Both the position numbers and the translations under genes were made by a program. Shown here one piece after another: positions 1-7,641 of a stretch of DNA of 36,155 nucleotides. The stretch comes from a virus (Duplodnaviria > Caudoviricetes). Each line of letters starts with the position of its first letter. The first letter of the stretch is position 1. The DNA is taken from positions 1-36,155 of the IMG/VR virus record IMGVR_UViG_3300030708_001253; one strand, written 5' to 3'. The notes below the pieces were generated by a model. It saw only the letters and a program-made list of their open reading frames with translations. It searched no databases and was not told the DNA's origin.

Positions 1-54
1 AACCAGGAGATCAGCTTGTTCAAGAACCTCTGTTACTTGATTATATAAATCCAT
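1..54 (-). CDS. DUF6378-like protein, N-terminal fragment (runs off left edge)
   Basis: ATG at 54 overlaps the upstream stop; MDLYNQVTEVLEQADLLV resembles the family N-terminal helix. Confidence 0.6.
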   Translation of the reverse strand, partial: MDLYNQVTEVLEQADLLV

Positions 55-266
55 TATAGATCTTGTTCTCGCTTATCTAACATTTGTAAGCCAATATATT
101 TATTACCACTTTGACTTTCGTTTTTATAACCTTGTAATTTTATTGTTTCTCCTTGTTTAACATCACGAGAAACTCTTAAAGATCCATAATAATGATGCTT
201 TGCGTCAGCATCTTTGTTTGGCATAATATTTCCTTTACCTTCTTTCAATTCAAACTTTTCACTCAT
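54..266 (-). CDS. Small ssDNA-binding-like protein (DUF736-like)
   Basis: Motifs YYGSL and GYKNESQSGNKYIGL; follows the annealing protein; start at 266 overlaps upstream TGA (ATGA). Confidence 0.55.
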   Translation of the reverse strand: MSEKFELKEGKGNIMPNKDADAKHHYYGSLRVSRDVKQGETIKLQGYKNESQSGNKYIGLQMLDKREQDL

Positions 267-1009
267 ATATCCCATCCATTGTCTTTAGGTTTATTGCGAT
301 TAATTTTTTCTTCGTGATTTTTATAAACTCCTTGTAGCTGCTCGTTACTATCTATTTCATTTTTATATTTTGTATAAATAGAACGAAGTTGTCCAAGATG
401 TTTAGATCCATCAATAGCATTACTTATCATAGTAAAATCACTTAAAGATACTTCAGAGGATTGATCATTTTCGCTTATAGGAGGAATATGATTTTTATTC
501 TCCTCCGAAGTATCACTCGCATCGTTATTGTTAGTGGAATCAACAACCCTTTTGTTGATTTCCATTATTTGCATCTCATCCGCAGACGCAAATTCCGTGC
601 CTGTTAAATCTAGCATTGCTAATGCTCTACCAAGTGATGACGTTTGACAATTCTCCATTGCACTTGTTGTATTTACAGGATTTGAATCTCTAAATTCTTG
701 TGCTAGTCCACAAGCTAAAAATTTATTTTTATAAAATATTTCTGTTTTTACAATTACTGATCCAGGTATAAATTTTTCAATTAATTCACCTTTATTATTT
801 TTGTAACTAAAAACTTTTGGCTCAGTTAATTCGTAAGAAGAATGATAACTAACATCTAAACCAAAATGTTTTCTAAATATAGAATTACGATCTTTTACAT
901 AAGAATATTTTTTACCACCTCTTGTACTTACTCTTTTACTTTCTTCTATTCGCTGTGATTCAGCTATTGCATCTAATAGTTTTTTATTATCGGCAGTTTC
1001 AGTAGCCAT
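263..1009 (-). CDS. Single-strand annealing protein (ERF/Rad52-Sak-like recombinase)
   Basis: KKYSYVKDRNSIFR and SAMENCQTSSLGRALA...ASADEM motifs; lies between exonuclease and SSB-like gene. Confidence 0.65.
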   Translation of the reverse strand: MATETADNKKLLDAIAESQRIEESKRVSTRGGKKYSYVKDRNSIFRKHFGLDVSYHSSYELTEPKVFSYKNNKGELIEKFIPGSVIVKTEIFYKNKFLACGLAQEFRDSNPVNTTSAMENCQTSSLGRALAMLDLTGTEFASADEMQIMEINKRVVDSTNNNDASDTSEENKNHIPPISENDQSSEVSLSDFTMISNAIDGSKHLGQLRSIYTKYKNEIDSNEQLQGVYKNHEEKINRNKPKDNGWDI

Positions 1010-1865
1010 ATAACTCCTTTGCTTCGTTTAAATATTTATCTCCGATGTTCCACCAAAATTTTAGATTGCCATATTCATAAAAATTTGGCTCTATAACTTC
1101 AAATGGGTTTTTAAGTTTTGCAACTTCTTGTTTCTTCATACAATTAACAACTAACTCGTTGAGTGCAGCTTTATGATCTTTTTCACGAATATCATAAACT
1201 TTATGGTCTTTTGGTGTTGCTTGGACTATAAATGTTGGAATTTTGGTTGCATGATAATACATTGATGCTTGTTGCAAATGACTTTCTTCTGGCTCATCTT
1301 TTAACTCAGGAAAAAAATAACTATGTGTACCATCTTTTTTCTTTGCACCTCGTTTGCTCCATTTTGTTTTTAATTCAACAAGAGCTGTTGGAGTTTGAAT
1401 GTCTGTTCTGCCTATTATTGGAATTACTAATCGTGGATCTTCGTAACTAACATAATATTCAAAAACTATTTTTGTTCTTTTATCATCCCATTTAATACCA
1501 ATATCTTTTAAACCTAAAAAAACTTTTTTAATTGTTTCATTTATAAATTCTTTGTCGTTCTTCCATTGCATTTCATCTTTCTTATCATTCCATTCTTTGT
1601 AACCGTCATAATGAAATATTGGTCTAACCCTGCCTGATATATCAGCAGTTACACTATCTCCTGCAAGAACTCCACAACGCATTTTAGAACTACCCTTCAT
1701 CTTTCTTCTTTTTTCTTGGTTGCAATGAAGGTATTTGTAAATCCAAACATCAAGAGGTGTTGTTGCTTGTGTAGGTGAAAAATGGTCTAATCCACGATCC
1801 ATGAAGTAACTAGGTATTATTTTAGATATGTTTGAAGCTACTGTCGTTTGTGCCATCTTAGGCAT
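999..1865 (-). CDS. PD-(D/E)xK exonuclease (Cas4/RecE-like)
   Basis: HFSPTQ, GRTD, VELKT and H-x-x-Q-x-x-x-Y motifs. Confidence 0.8.
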   Translation of the reverse strand: MPKMAQTTVASNISKIIPSYFMDRGLDHFSPTQATTPLDVWIYKYLHCNQEKRRKMKGSSKMRCGVLAGDSVTADISGRVRPIFHYDGYKEWNDKKDEMQWKNDKEFINETIKKVFLGLKDIGIKWDDKRTKIVFEYYVSYEDPRLVIPIIGRTDIQTPTALVELKTKWSKRGAKKKDGTHSYFFPELKDEPEESHLQQASMYYHATKIPTFIVQATPKDHKVYDIREKDHKAALNELVVNCMKKQEVAKLKNPFEVIEPNFYEYGNLKFWWNIGDKYLNEAKELYGY

Positions 1866-2014
1866 TTATTATTATGAAAAAAATCATAAAAAAAGTAAAA
1901 ATTAATATGAAATAAAATAAAAAGTGAAAACAATGTGAAATAGATGTGAAAGTGTTGGGGAAAGATTTATGGATAAGTATTTTTGATTATTTTTTTTTGT
2001 GATAAATAATTTTT
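1866..2014. promoter_or_regulatory. Divergent early control region with phased GTGAAA repeats
   Basis: AT-rich gap between divergent operons; GTGAAA at 1924, 1935, 1946; palindrome TTATGA-N6-TCATAA at 1872-1889. Confidence 0.6.
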
Positions 2015-2332
2015 ATGAATTTTTTGGACACCGCAAAAAAATTTTCTAAAGATTGTTATTTTGTTATATGGAAAGATCCACGAGAAGGCGATGGGGTTTG
2101 GAAAACCAATTGGGATGGCAAAGCAGCTATCAATATAAATGTTGGTTGGATGGAAAAAAATCCAAATGATCCTTCTGAGTGGGTTTTATTTTGTAGCAAA
2201 GATACAGACGAGGATTGCACCGAAAGAGGAACAGAGATTTATATTCCTGAAGGTTGTATTTTATTCCGAGTCCAGGTCAACATTAGTGAAGAAGGAGAAC
2301 ACTTTGAAAGCCAAACAATTATTAAAAACTAA
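2015..2332 (+). CDS. Conserved phage hypothetical protein (W-x-D...GW...IPxGCI type)
   Basis: First ORF of the rightward operon; motif pattern common in small phage proteins. Confidence 0.7.
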   Translation: MNFLDTAKKFSKDCYFVIWKDPREGDGVWKTNWDGKAAININVGWMEKNPNDPSEWVLFCSKDTDEDCTERGTEIYIPEGCILFRVQVNISEEGEHFESQTIIKN

Positions 2333-2507
2333 AAAAGAAAAAGAAAGTGCTGAACAATTAGCACAAACATACATTCGTAATAAAGGAACGCATTACTCCG
2401 AAATTGTTAGAGAAACTGGGATTTTTTGGCAAGGTTATATTGACGATTGCCTAAAAGCTGCGGAGAATGAATGCTTGAAAAGTGGAAACTTGTTGGAAAG
2501 ATCTTAA
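2304..2507 (+). CDS. Hypothetical protein
   Basis: TTG start at 2304 preceded by GAAGGAGA; the longer 2139 start overlaps the previous gene. Confidence 0.55.
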   Translation: MKAKQLLKTKKEKESAEQLAQTYIRNKGTHYSEIVRETGIFWQGYIDDCLKAAENECLKSGNLLERS

Positions 2508-3037
2508 ACAATAAAACTTTTAGTATAGCCGATATAAAAGTCGCTTATTGGATATTAGATCATTACAACTTTAAAAAGAAAGAAGTATACCCAACGAACA
2601 GGCGGTTAGTTCAATTAACAGGTCTTACGTTACGTCAAGTCCAATACTCCACAGCCAAATTGTTAAGGCATAAGTTTGTTAATAAGTTGTTAATAAAAGG
2701 TAAAAATCACTACAAATTGACGTTTGATAAATTCCAAAACTACGAACAAACATTCACTTCAAAGCCAATTACTACGAACAAACCTTCACCTCCTACTAAA
2801 CCTATTATTAATATAGATATAAGTAAAACAATTAAGAAGTTCGCAAAGAATACTAATCCTTATTATAAGCAAGTTGTTAATAACGGTCTTAGTTACAATC
2901 AGAATATGGAAAACAAATATATTCGGTTGATGGTAAAAAGATTATCTCCTCATCGTTACAATGAATGGTTAGAAAGAGTTTCTAATAAAGATACAAAACA
3001 AGAAGCTCTCCTCTATGCAAAACACTTATGCGAATAA
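2471..3037 (+). CDS. Winged-HTH replication initiator-like protein (lambda O analogue)
   Basis: VYPTNRRLVQLTGLTLRQVQYSTAKL HTH; internal DNA direct repeats. Confidence 0.7.
   Translation: MLEKWKLVGKILNNKTFSIADIKVAYWILDHYNFKKKEVYPTNRRLVQLTGLTLRQVQYSTAKLLRHKFVNKLLIKGKNHYKLTFDKFQNYEQTFTSKPITTNKPSPPTKPIINIDISKTIKKFAKNTNPYYKQVVNNGLSYNQNMENKYIRLMVKRLSPHRYNEWLERVSNKDTKQEALLYAKHLCE
2739..2792 (+). repeat. Two 22-bp direct repeats (putative iterons/origin)
   Basis: ACTACGAACAAACATTCACTTC (2739-2760) vs ACTACGAACAAACCTTCACCTC (2771-2792), 20/22 identical, followed by an AT-rich tract. Confidence 0.7.
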
Positions 3038-3450
3038 CAGAACATGATTTAGATCAATTATATTATGATGCTTTTTTGACGGATCAACGAATGCCTAGTG
3101 CTACTCGTAAGCAAAAATTAACCTTTTGGATGGATATGAATAGGATTGATTGGTTAAATTATGGCGATAGTGAGCCAAAAATAAGCTTATCTCCTAGAAG
3201 TATATCTCGTTGGGAATTAGCATTAAAATTAATTCAATTAATTAATGATGATGAAGATCGCAAAATAATATGGTTAAGAGGTAAACGATTATCCTGGAGT
3301 AAAATCGGAAGATTAACAGCACTTGATAGACGTAAAGTTAAAAACAAATACAGCGAATTATTAATGACGATCATTGCAAGAATAAAACAAAACTTTAAAC
3401 TAAAAGAAAAAGAAAAAATATACCGACTCATTGCTCCAAAGTACGAATAA
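3028..3450 (+). CDS. DUF6362-like putative late transcription regulator
   Basis: SPRSISRWE...DRKIIWLR...SWSKIGR HTH-like C-terminus; directly upstream of terS. Confidence 0.6.
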   Translation: MRITEHDLDQLYYDAFLTDQRMPSATRKQKLTFWMDMNRIDWLNYGDSEPKISLSPRSISRWELALKLIQLINDDEDRKIIWLRGKRLSWSKIGRLTALDRRKVKNKYSELLMTIIARIKQNFKLKEKEKIYRLIAPKYE

Positions 3451-3468
3451 AAAAAATATTTTTTTTTA

Positions 3469-3506
3469 TTGACAGTTTTGACAATTTTACTCTATTTTAT
3501 TACTAG
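3469..3506 (+). promoter_or_regulatory. Candidate late promoter with tandem TTGACA
   Basis: TTGACAGTT and TTGACAATT at 3469 and 3478; only weak -10 boxes. Confidence 0.45.
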
Positions 3507-3539
3507 ACTCGAAGAAGTTTCTTTTTTTTCCAAATTATT

Positions 3540-3971
3540 ATGAATAAAGTTATAAAAGCACAAGGCAGACCGCCTAAGTTTAACCAATCAAGGAACGCAA
3601 TAAAACGAATTCTTGAAGCTCTTGCAACAGGTGAAAGCATTAGAAAAGCAATAGCAAAAGAAAATTTATCTTGGAATACATTTAGAAAATGGATGAATGA
3701 AAAACCAGAATTAAGAGAACAATACGAACAAGCAAAATCAGACGGTATTCATTACACTTTAGATGCTGTTGAAGATCAATGCAAAGATATGATTAAAGAT
3801 GCTACTGACAAAAAAGTTAATTTAAATTCAATAAAAGCTTTAGACATACTTGTTAAACATAAACAATTTTTAGCATCAAAATTAAGTCCAAAAACTTTTG
3901 GCACAGACAAACAACAATTATCATTAACAAATAATAAAGGTGAAAAATTTTCTATTGAATGGAGTAAATAA
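3540..3971 (+). CDS. terS: Terminase small subunit (Sf6/P22-like)
   Basis: GRPPKF, GESIRKAI, FRKWM...EQYEQAK, ASKLSPKTFG motifs. Confidence 0.85.
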   Translation: MNKVIKAQGRPPKFNQSRNAIKRILEALATGESIRKAIAKENLSWNTFRKWMNEKPELREQYEQAKSDGIHYTLDAVEDQCKDMIKDATDKKVNLNSIKALDILVKHKQFLASKLSPKTFGTDKQQLSLTNNKGEKFSIEWSK

Positions 3972-3972
3972 A

Positions 3973-4158
3973 ATGTTTGAAGAAGAATTATTAAATAATG
4001 ATCCTTTTGTAACTTTTTATTTAATAACAAATAATATTACTAATAAACCAGAATTGATTGCACATTTTACAAGCTTTGAGAGTGCAGGAGAAATAAAAGA
4101 ATTTGTAAAACAATTTGAATCAGAAAGAAGTATTACAACAAAACCGACAATTCATTAA
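3973..4158 (+). CDS. Hypothetical protein
   Basis: ATG just after the terS stop, preceded by GGAG. Confidence 0.6.
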   Translation: MFEEELLNNDPFVTFYLITNNITNKPELIAHFTSFESAGEIKEFVKQFESERSITTKPTIH

Positions 4159-4199
4159 TTTTTTTAAAACAATTTAAGAATTTAATCGTCTTATATTGT

Positions 4200-4325
4200 A
4201 TGAAAAAAGAAACTTACGAAGAAATAAAAGAAATTTTGTTAACTTCTCCTAGCTTTGATAAGCTAAACAAAGAAGAACAAGATAGAATTATTAAAAAATT
4301 ATATGAAATACTAAAAAATAAATAA
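4200..4325 (+). CDS. Hypothetical 41-aa protein
   Basis: Open frame MKKETYEEIKEILL...LKNK; not in the ORF track; no clear RBS. Confidence 0.4.
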   Translation: MKKETYEEIKEILLTSPSFDKLNKEEQDRIIKKLYEILKNK

Positions 4326-4338
4326 TAAATAGCCAGAT

Positions 4339-4527
4339 TTATTTCTGGCTATTTTTATAATATTTTAAGAGTTGTTTTACCCAACGAGGTATTGGCTTTC
4401 TACCGCTTAACCAAGTAGAAACTATTACACGATCAGAATTTGTTACTTGATCAAAACAAATACGGCACAAGTCCGCTTGACTAATATCAAGCGAACTCAT
4501 TATTTTTTTTAGTTCATTATGTTTCAT
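4339..4527 (-). CDS. XRE/Cro-like HTH protein
   Basis: ISQADLCR...VSTWLSGRKPIPRWV; ATGA overlap with the upstream gene. Confidence 0.75.
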   Translation of the reverse strand: MKHNELKKIMSSLDISQADLCRICFDQVTNSDRVIVSTWLSGRKPIPRWVKQLLKYYKNSQK

Positions 4528-4832
4528 TTGATTCTCTCTATTCGACAATTATCAGAAACAAAGTGAATTGGTAAAAACTTTGAATCATCATCGTTTAAAA
4601 AATAAATAACATCGTTCAAAGTTTTAAACGATCTTTGATAATCATTAGCATTAAAAATGTTATTAGGATAACCAATCCAAGATAAATTATCATCAAATAA
4701 ATTTGTTTTTTGATATTCGTCTTTCAATGTTTTTTCGGAATGAATTTGAATTAATTCATCATCATTCCAAGAAACACGGAATAAACTTGAATTGTATTCA
4801 TTTAAAGTAATTGGATCTTTTAACTCTTTCAT
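4524..4832 (-). CDS. Hypothetical protein
   Basis: Part of a tightly packed minus-strand cassette; AAGGAG RBS. Confidence 0.7.
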   Translation of the reverse strand: MKELKDPITLNEYNSSLFRVSWNDDELIQIHSEKTLKDEYQKTNLFDDNLSWIGYPNNIFNANDYQRSFKTLNDVIYFLNDDDSKFLPIHFVSDNCRIERIK

Positions 4833-4834
4833 GT

Positions 4835-5050
4835 TTACTCCTTATCTATTCTAGTTACTGTTATATTTTGTTTATTATTCAAATTAAAATTAAAACTTTC
4901 ATTATAAGTTAATAATTTTAAAATGTTGATTTGATCTAATGATAAATAACTGTGAAATTCAGCGATAAAATCCATCATATTTTGACGGACTCCATCTTTT
5001 TTATTTTCAGTATTTATCCTATAATTAATAACAATATTATCTAAGTTCAT
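4835..5050 (-). CDS. Hypothetical protein
   Basis: Cassette member with 2-nt spacing to neighbours. Confidence 0.65.
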   Translation of the reverse strand: MNLDNIVINYRINTENKKDGVRQNMMDFIAEFHSYLSLDQINILKLLTYNESFNFNLNNKQNITVTRIDKE

Positions 5051-5052
5051 AA

Positions 5053-5277
5053 TTAATCCTTAATACTAGGGTTTTTTATCACAATGAAACCATTTTCATT
5101 GAGATATTTTTTAATATCTTTGTGTTTATTATTCACAAGAAAATCAATATTGCTTGTCAAATCATTGATTTTTGATTGTTTAACCTTGTTTTGTCCGTCA
5201 AGAATATAAACAAGATTATATAAAGTTTTATGATCTGTAAGATCGAATTTAGAAATATCAATTGTTTTATTGTTCAT
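5053..5277 (-). CDS. Hypothetical protein
   Basis: Cassette member; AAGGAG RBS. Confidence 0.65.
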   Translation of the reverse strand: MNNKTIDISKFDLTDHKTLYNLVYILDGQNKVKQSKINDLTSNIDFLVNNKHKDIKKYLNENGFIVIKNPSIKD

Positions 5278-5279
5278 TA

Positions 5280-5528
5280 TTACTCCTTTATTTCTAAATG
5301 ATGAATTGGCTCACCATATTTATTAAATAAATATTCGTTCATTTCACAATGTTCAATAATATCAATTTCTTCCATATCGTAAAAATATTGATATTCTTTT
5401 ATAATGTTGCCTTGTTCATCTTCAGTTTCATAATCTAAAGGGTGTTGATCTAACCAATTAACAACCTCATTCTTTGCTTTTTGATTTAATTCGTTAAATT
5501 CATAAGCATTAACTTTTATAATTTTCAT
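5280..5528 (-). CDS. Small acidic conserved phage protein (Y-x-F-x-EL...AK / NEY-x-F type)
   Basis: AYEFNELNQKAK and EMNEYLFNKYG motifs; strongly acidic. Confidence 0.7.
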   Translation of the reverse strand: MKIIKVNAYEFNELNQKAKNEVVNWLDQHPLDYETEDEQGNIIKEYQYFYDMEEIDIIEHCEMNEYLFNKYGEPIHHLEIKE

Positions 5529-5530
5529 TG

Positions 5531-5848
5531 TTAATCCTTTGTGATAATTTCAAAGGAATTAAGCTTAGTCTTATTCCAATTGATTTTATCACCTTTTATT
5601 TTTGATTTTTTTTCATTAACGGCACACATTCGCAGTTTATCCAACTCAATATTGATTTGGATAGTTAAGCCGTTAAGAGTGCAAAAAACAGCATCTTTTT
5701 TATCAGTATTAAAACCTATTCCTTTTTGATTACTGTGTAAAAAATAATCTGTATCATCACTCATTAGCAGATAATTTAAAATAAATTGTTTATCTTCTAA
5801 ATTGATAGTTTTTAAAAAGTTAAATATTTTATCTTGTTTCATTTTCAC
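5531..5848 (-). CDS. Hypothetical protein
   Basis: GTGA overlap with the upstream ORF. Confidence 0.6.
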   Translation of the reverse strand: MKMKQDKIFNFLKTINLEDKQFILNYLLMSDDTDYFLHSNQKGIGFNTDKKDAVFCTLNGLTIQINIELDKLRMCAVNEKKSKIKGDKINWNKTKLNSFEIITKD

Positions 5849-6015
5849 TCGCTTTCATTGTTTATGATTAAATCATAACATTTGATCCAAGACATACTTA
5901 AAGCAATTAAAAAAACATTACTTATAAAAGTATGTTGAAAAATATTATAATCGGTTAGCATCCAAGCCAACATGATAGAATTGATAACTAATAATAAAAC
6001 TTTTATTTGTTTCAT
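5845..6015 (-). CDS. 56-aa membrane protein with two hydrophobic segments
   Basis: MKQIKVLLLVINSIMLAWML...NVFLIALSMSWI; AAGGAG RBS; fills the cassette gap; not in the ORF track. Confidence 0.65.
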   Translation of the reverse strand: MKQIKVLLLVINSIMLAWMLTDYNIFQHTFISNVFLIALSMSWIKCYDLIINNESE

Positions 6016-6017
6016 TG

Positions 6018-6356
6018 CTACTCCTTGTTTAAAGATTTAGTAAGATCGTCAAACCATTCTTGATCTTCTGGGTGCATATCGTCATATTGTTCTTTTAGAT
6101 CTTCATAAGATCCTTCTTTTCCTTCATAAGGTGAAGAATAAAAAGAATATAGGTTGCCTTCATCGTCAACCATTGCGACTTGATAATCTGCATTAGTTAA
6201 AAAGACATTACCGCTATGAGTATTAAAACCAACTTTGATACCTTCACTATCAAAGTCAGACGGTAAACCTTTTTTAATTGCTTTTAAAAGATCTCCTGCA
6301 ATGTCAAGTTCTCTAAAACCGAACTTTGCAAGATCTTCAGTATATACGTTATTCAT
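6018..6356 (-). CDS. Acidic conserved phage hypothetical protein
   Basis: First gene of the cassette; AAGGAGA RBS; FNTHSGNVFLTN...YQVAM motif. Confidence 0.75.
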   Translation of the reverse strand: MNNVYTEDLAKFGFRELDIAGDLLKAIKKGLPSDFDSEGIKVGFNTHSGNVFLTNADYQVAMVDDEGNLYSFYSSPYEGKEGSYEDLKEQYDDMHPEDQEWFDDLTKSLNKE

Positions 6357-6387
6357 AATATATCTCCTTGTTATTATGTTATGACTA

Positions 6388-6415
6388 ACATTAAACTATA
6401 TATAATATTAGTCAA
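6388..6415 (-). promoter_or_regulatory. Sigma70-like promoter of the inverted cassette
   Basis: TTGACT-N16-TAATGT on the minus strand upstream of the RBS at 6363-6369. Confidence 0.5.
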
Positions 6416-6724
6416 TACATAAGACGATAAAAAATTAATATTGTTTGAAAAAATGTTAAATAATTTGAAATTAAATTATATTGACCTGGCACAAGCTCAG
6501 ACGATTAAAGACAATGAAATTGAATTATTAAGGGTTGTTGATTGTTTTAATGATGGGTTACAAATTGGTAACGATAAGGATCAATATATTATTAAAAAGA
6601 AGTTGAAGAAGAACGATAGAAAGAAGAAGGATAATAATATTATTGGAGAGAATACAACGGAATTATTGGGTTAATTCGTAAGAAACATATTTTTTGATAC
6701 GGATCTTCTAAGAGTTTTTGTAAT

Positions 6725-6749
6725 AACGGTTGTGCAAACCGTTTTTTTT
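6725..6749 (+). terminator. Intrinsic terminator
   Basis: AACGGTT-GTGCA-AACCGTT followed by a T run. Confidence 0.6.
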
Positions 6750-6898
6750 AACAGAATACAGCCAAAATTGTTATATGTTGGGTAAATATTGAGTAATAAA
6801 ATAAAAAAAAGGGTTAAAATTTTTGACAACCCCCAGGTGTAAATAAATATTTATATTACAACCCATTTCAACTCAGCACAATTTTGCTTACGAATTTT

Positions 6899-7060
6899 AT
6901 GAACAAAAAAAAACCAACTAAAAATAAGCCGAAGGTAATTTCCTTTACGGACTTAGTACAAGCTTTAAACAACAAATCTAACTTTTCTGATAATTCTGGC
7001 AAAGGAGTTGTTAAAGGCAAAGATGTTTCTCGCATGAATGATTTTCTTAAACAGAAGTGA
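6899..7060 (+). CDS. Small basic hypothetical protein (53 aa)
   Basis: MNKKKPTKNKPK...; stop overlaps the GTG start of the MTase (GTGA). Confidence 0.55.
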   Translation: MNKKKPTKNKPKVISFTDLVQALNNKSNFSDNSGKGVVKGKDVSRMNDFLKQK

Positions 7061-7641
7061 AGGTGTTAATTGCCTGTGAATATTCAGGCATTGTAAGATC
7101 AGCTTTTGAAAAAAGAGGTCATAACGCATGGAGTTGTGATATTTTACCGACAGAGATACCTGGTAATCATATTCAGGATGATGTTTTAAAACATCTTGAT
7201 AAAGAATGGGATTTAATGATTGCTCATCCTCCTTGTACGCATTTAGCTGTGAGTGGAGCAAGACATTTTAAAAAAAAACAAAAAGAACAAAAAAAAGCAC
7301 TTAATTTTGTCAAAAATCTTTTGGGTGCAAATATTAAAAAAATTGCTTTAGAAAATCCTGTATCTGTAATTTCAAGTAAAATTAGAAAACCAGATCAGAT
7401 AATTCAACCGTATCAATTTGGACATGATGCAAAAAAAACAACTTGTTTATGGTTAAAAAATTTACCGAAGCTTTACCCAACCAATGAAATAAAAATTACA
7501 CCTGACATTGTTCTTTCAAGCGGAAAAAAGATGTCATTTTTTTATTATCAAACAGGACTTTTACCTTTAAGGCAAAGATGGAAAGCAAGGTCTGAATTTT
7601 GGTCTGGTATAGCTGAAGCAATGGCGGAGCAATGGAGTTAA
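7057..7641 (+). CDS. Short phage DNA (cytosine-5) methyltransferase-like protein
   Basis: VLIACEYSG, AHPPC catalytic motif, ENPV, GIAEAMAEQW. Confidence 0.8.
   Translation: MKVLIACEYSGIVRSAFEKRGHNAWSCDILPTEIPGNHIQDDVLKHLDKEWDLMIAHPPCTHLAVSGARHFKKKQKEQKKALNFVKNLLGANIKKIALENPVSVISSKIRKPDQIIQPYQFGHDAKKTTCLWLKNLPKLYPTNEIKITPDIVLSSGKKMSFFYYQTGLLPLRQRWKARSEFWSGIAEAMAEQWS

Noticed and set aside
999-1865. Cas4 or a CRISPR system
   Set aside because: No repeat-spacer array or other cas genes; context is a recombination operon
5862-5878. Palindrome TTATGATTAAATCATAA as a second operator like 1872-1889
   Set aside because: Spacer differs (5 vs 6), it lies within a CDS and is nearly all A/T, so chance is likely
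6441-6674. 77-aa ORF from the ORF track
   Set aside because: TTG start without RBS, low complexity, not coupled to neighbours; left uncalled
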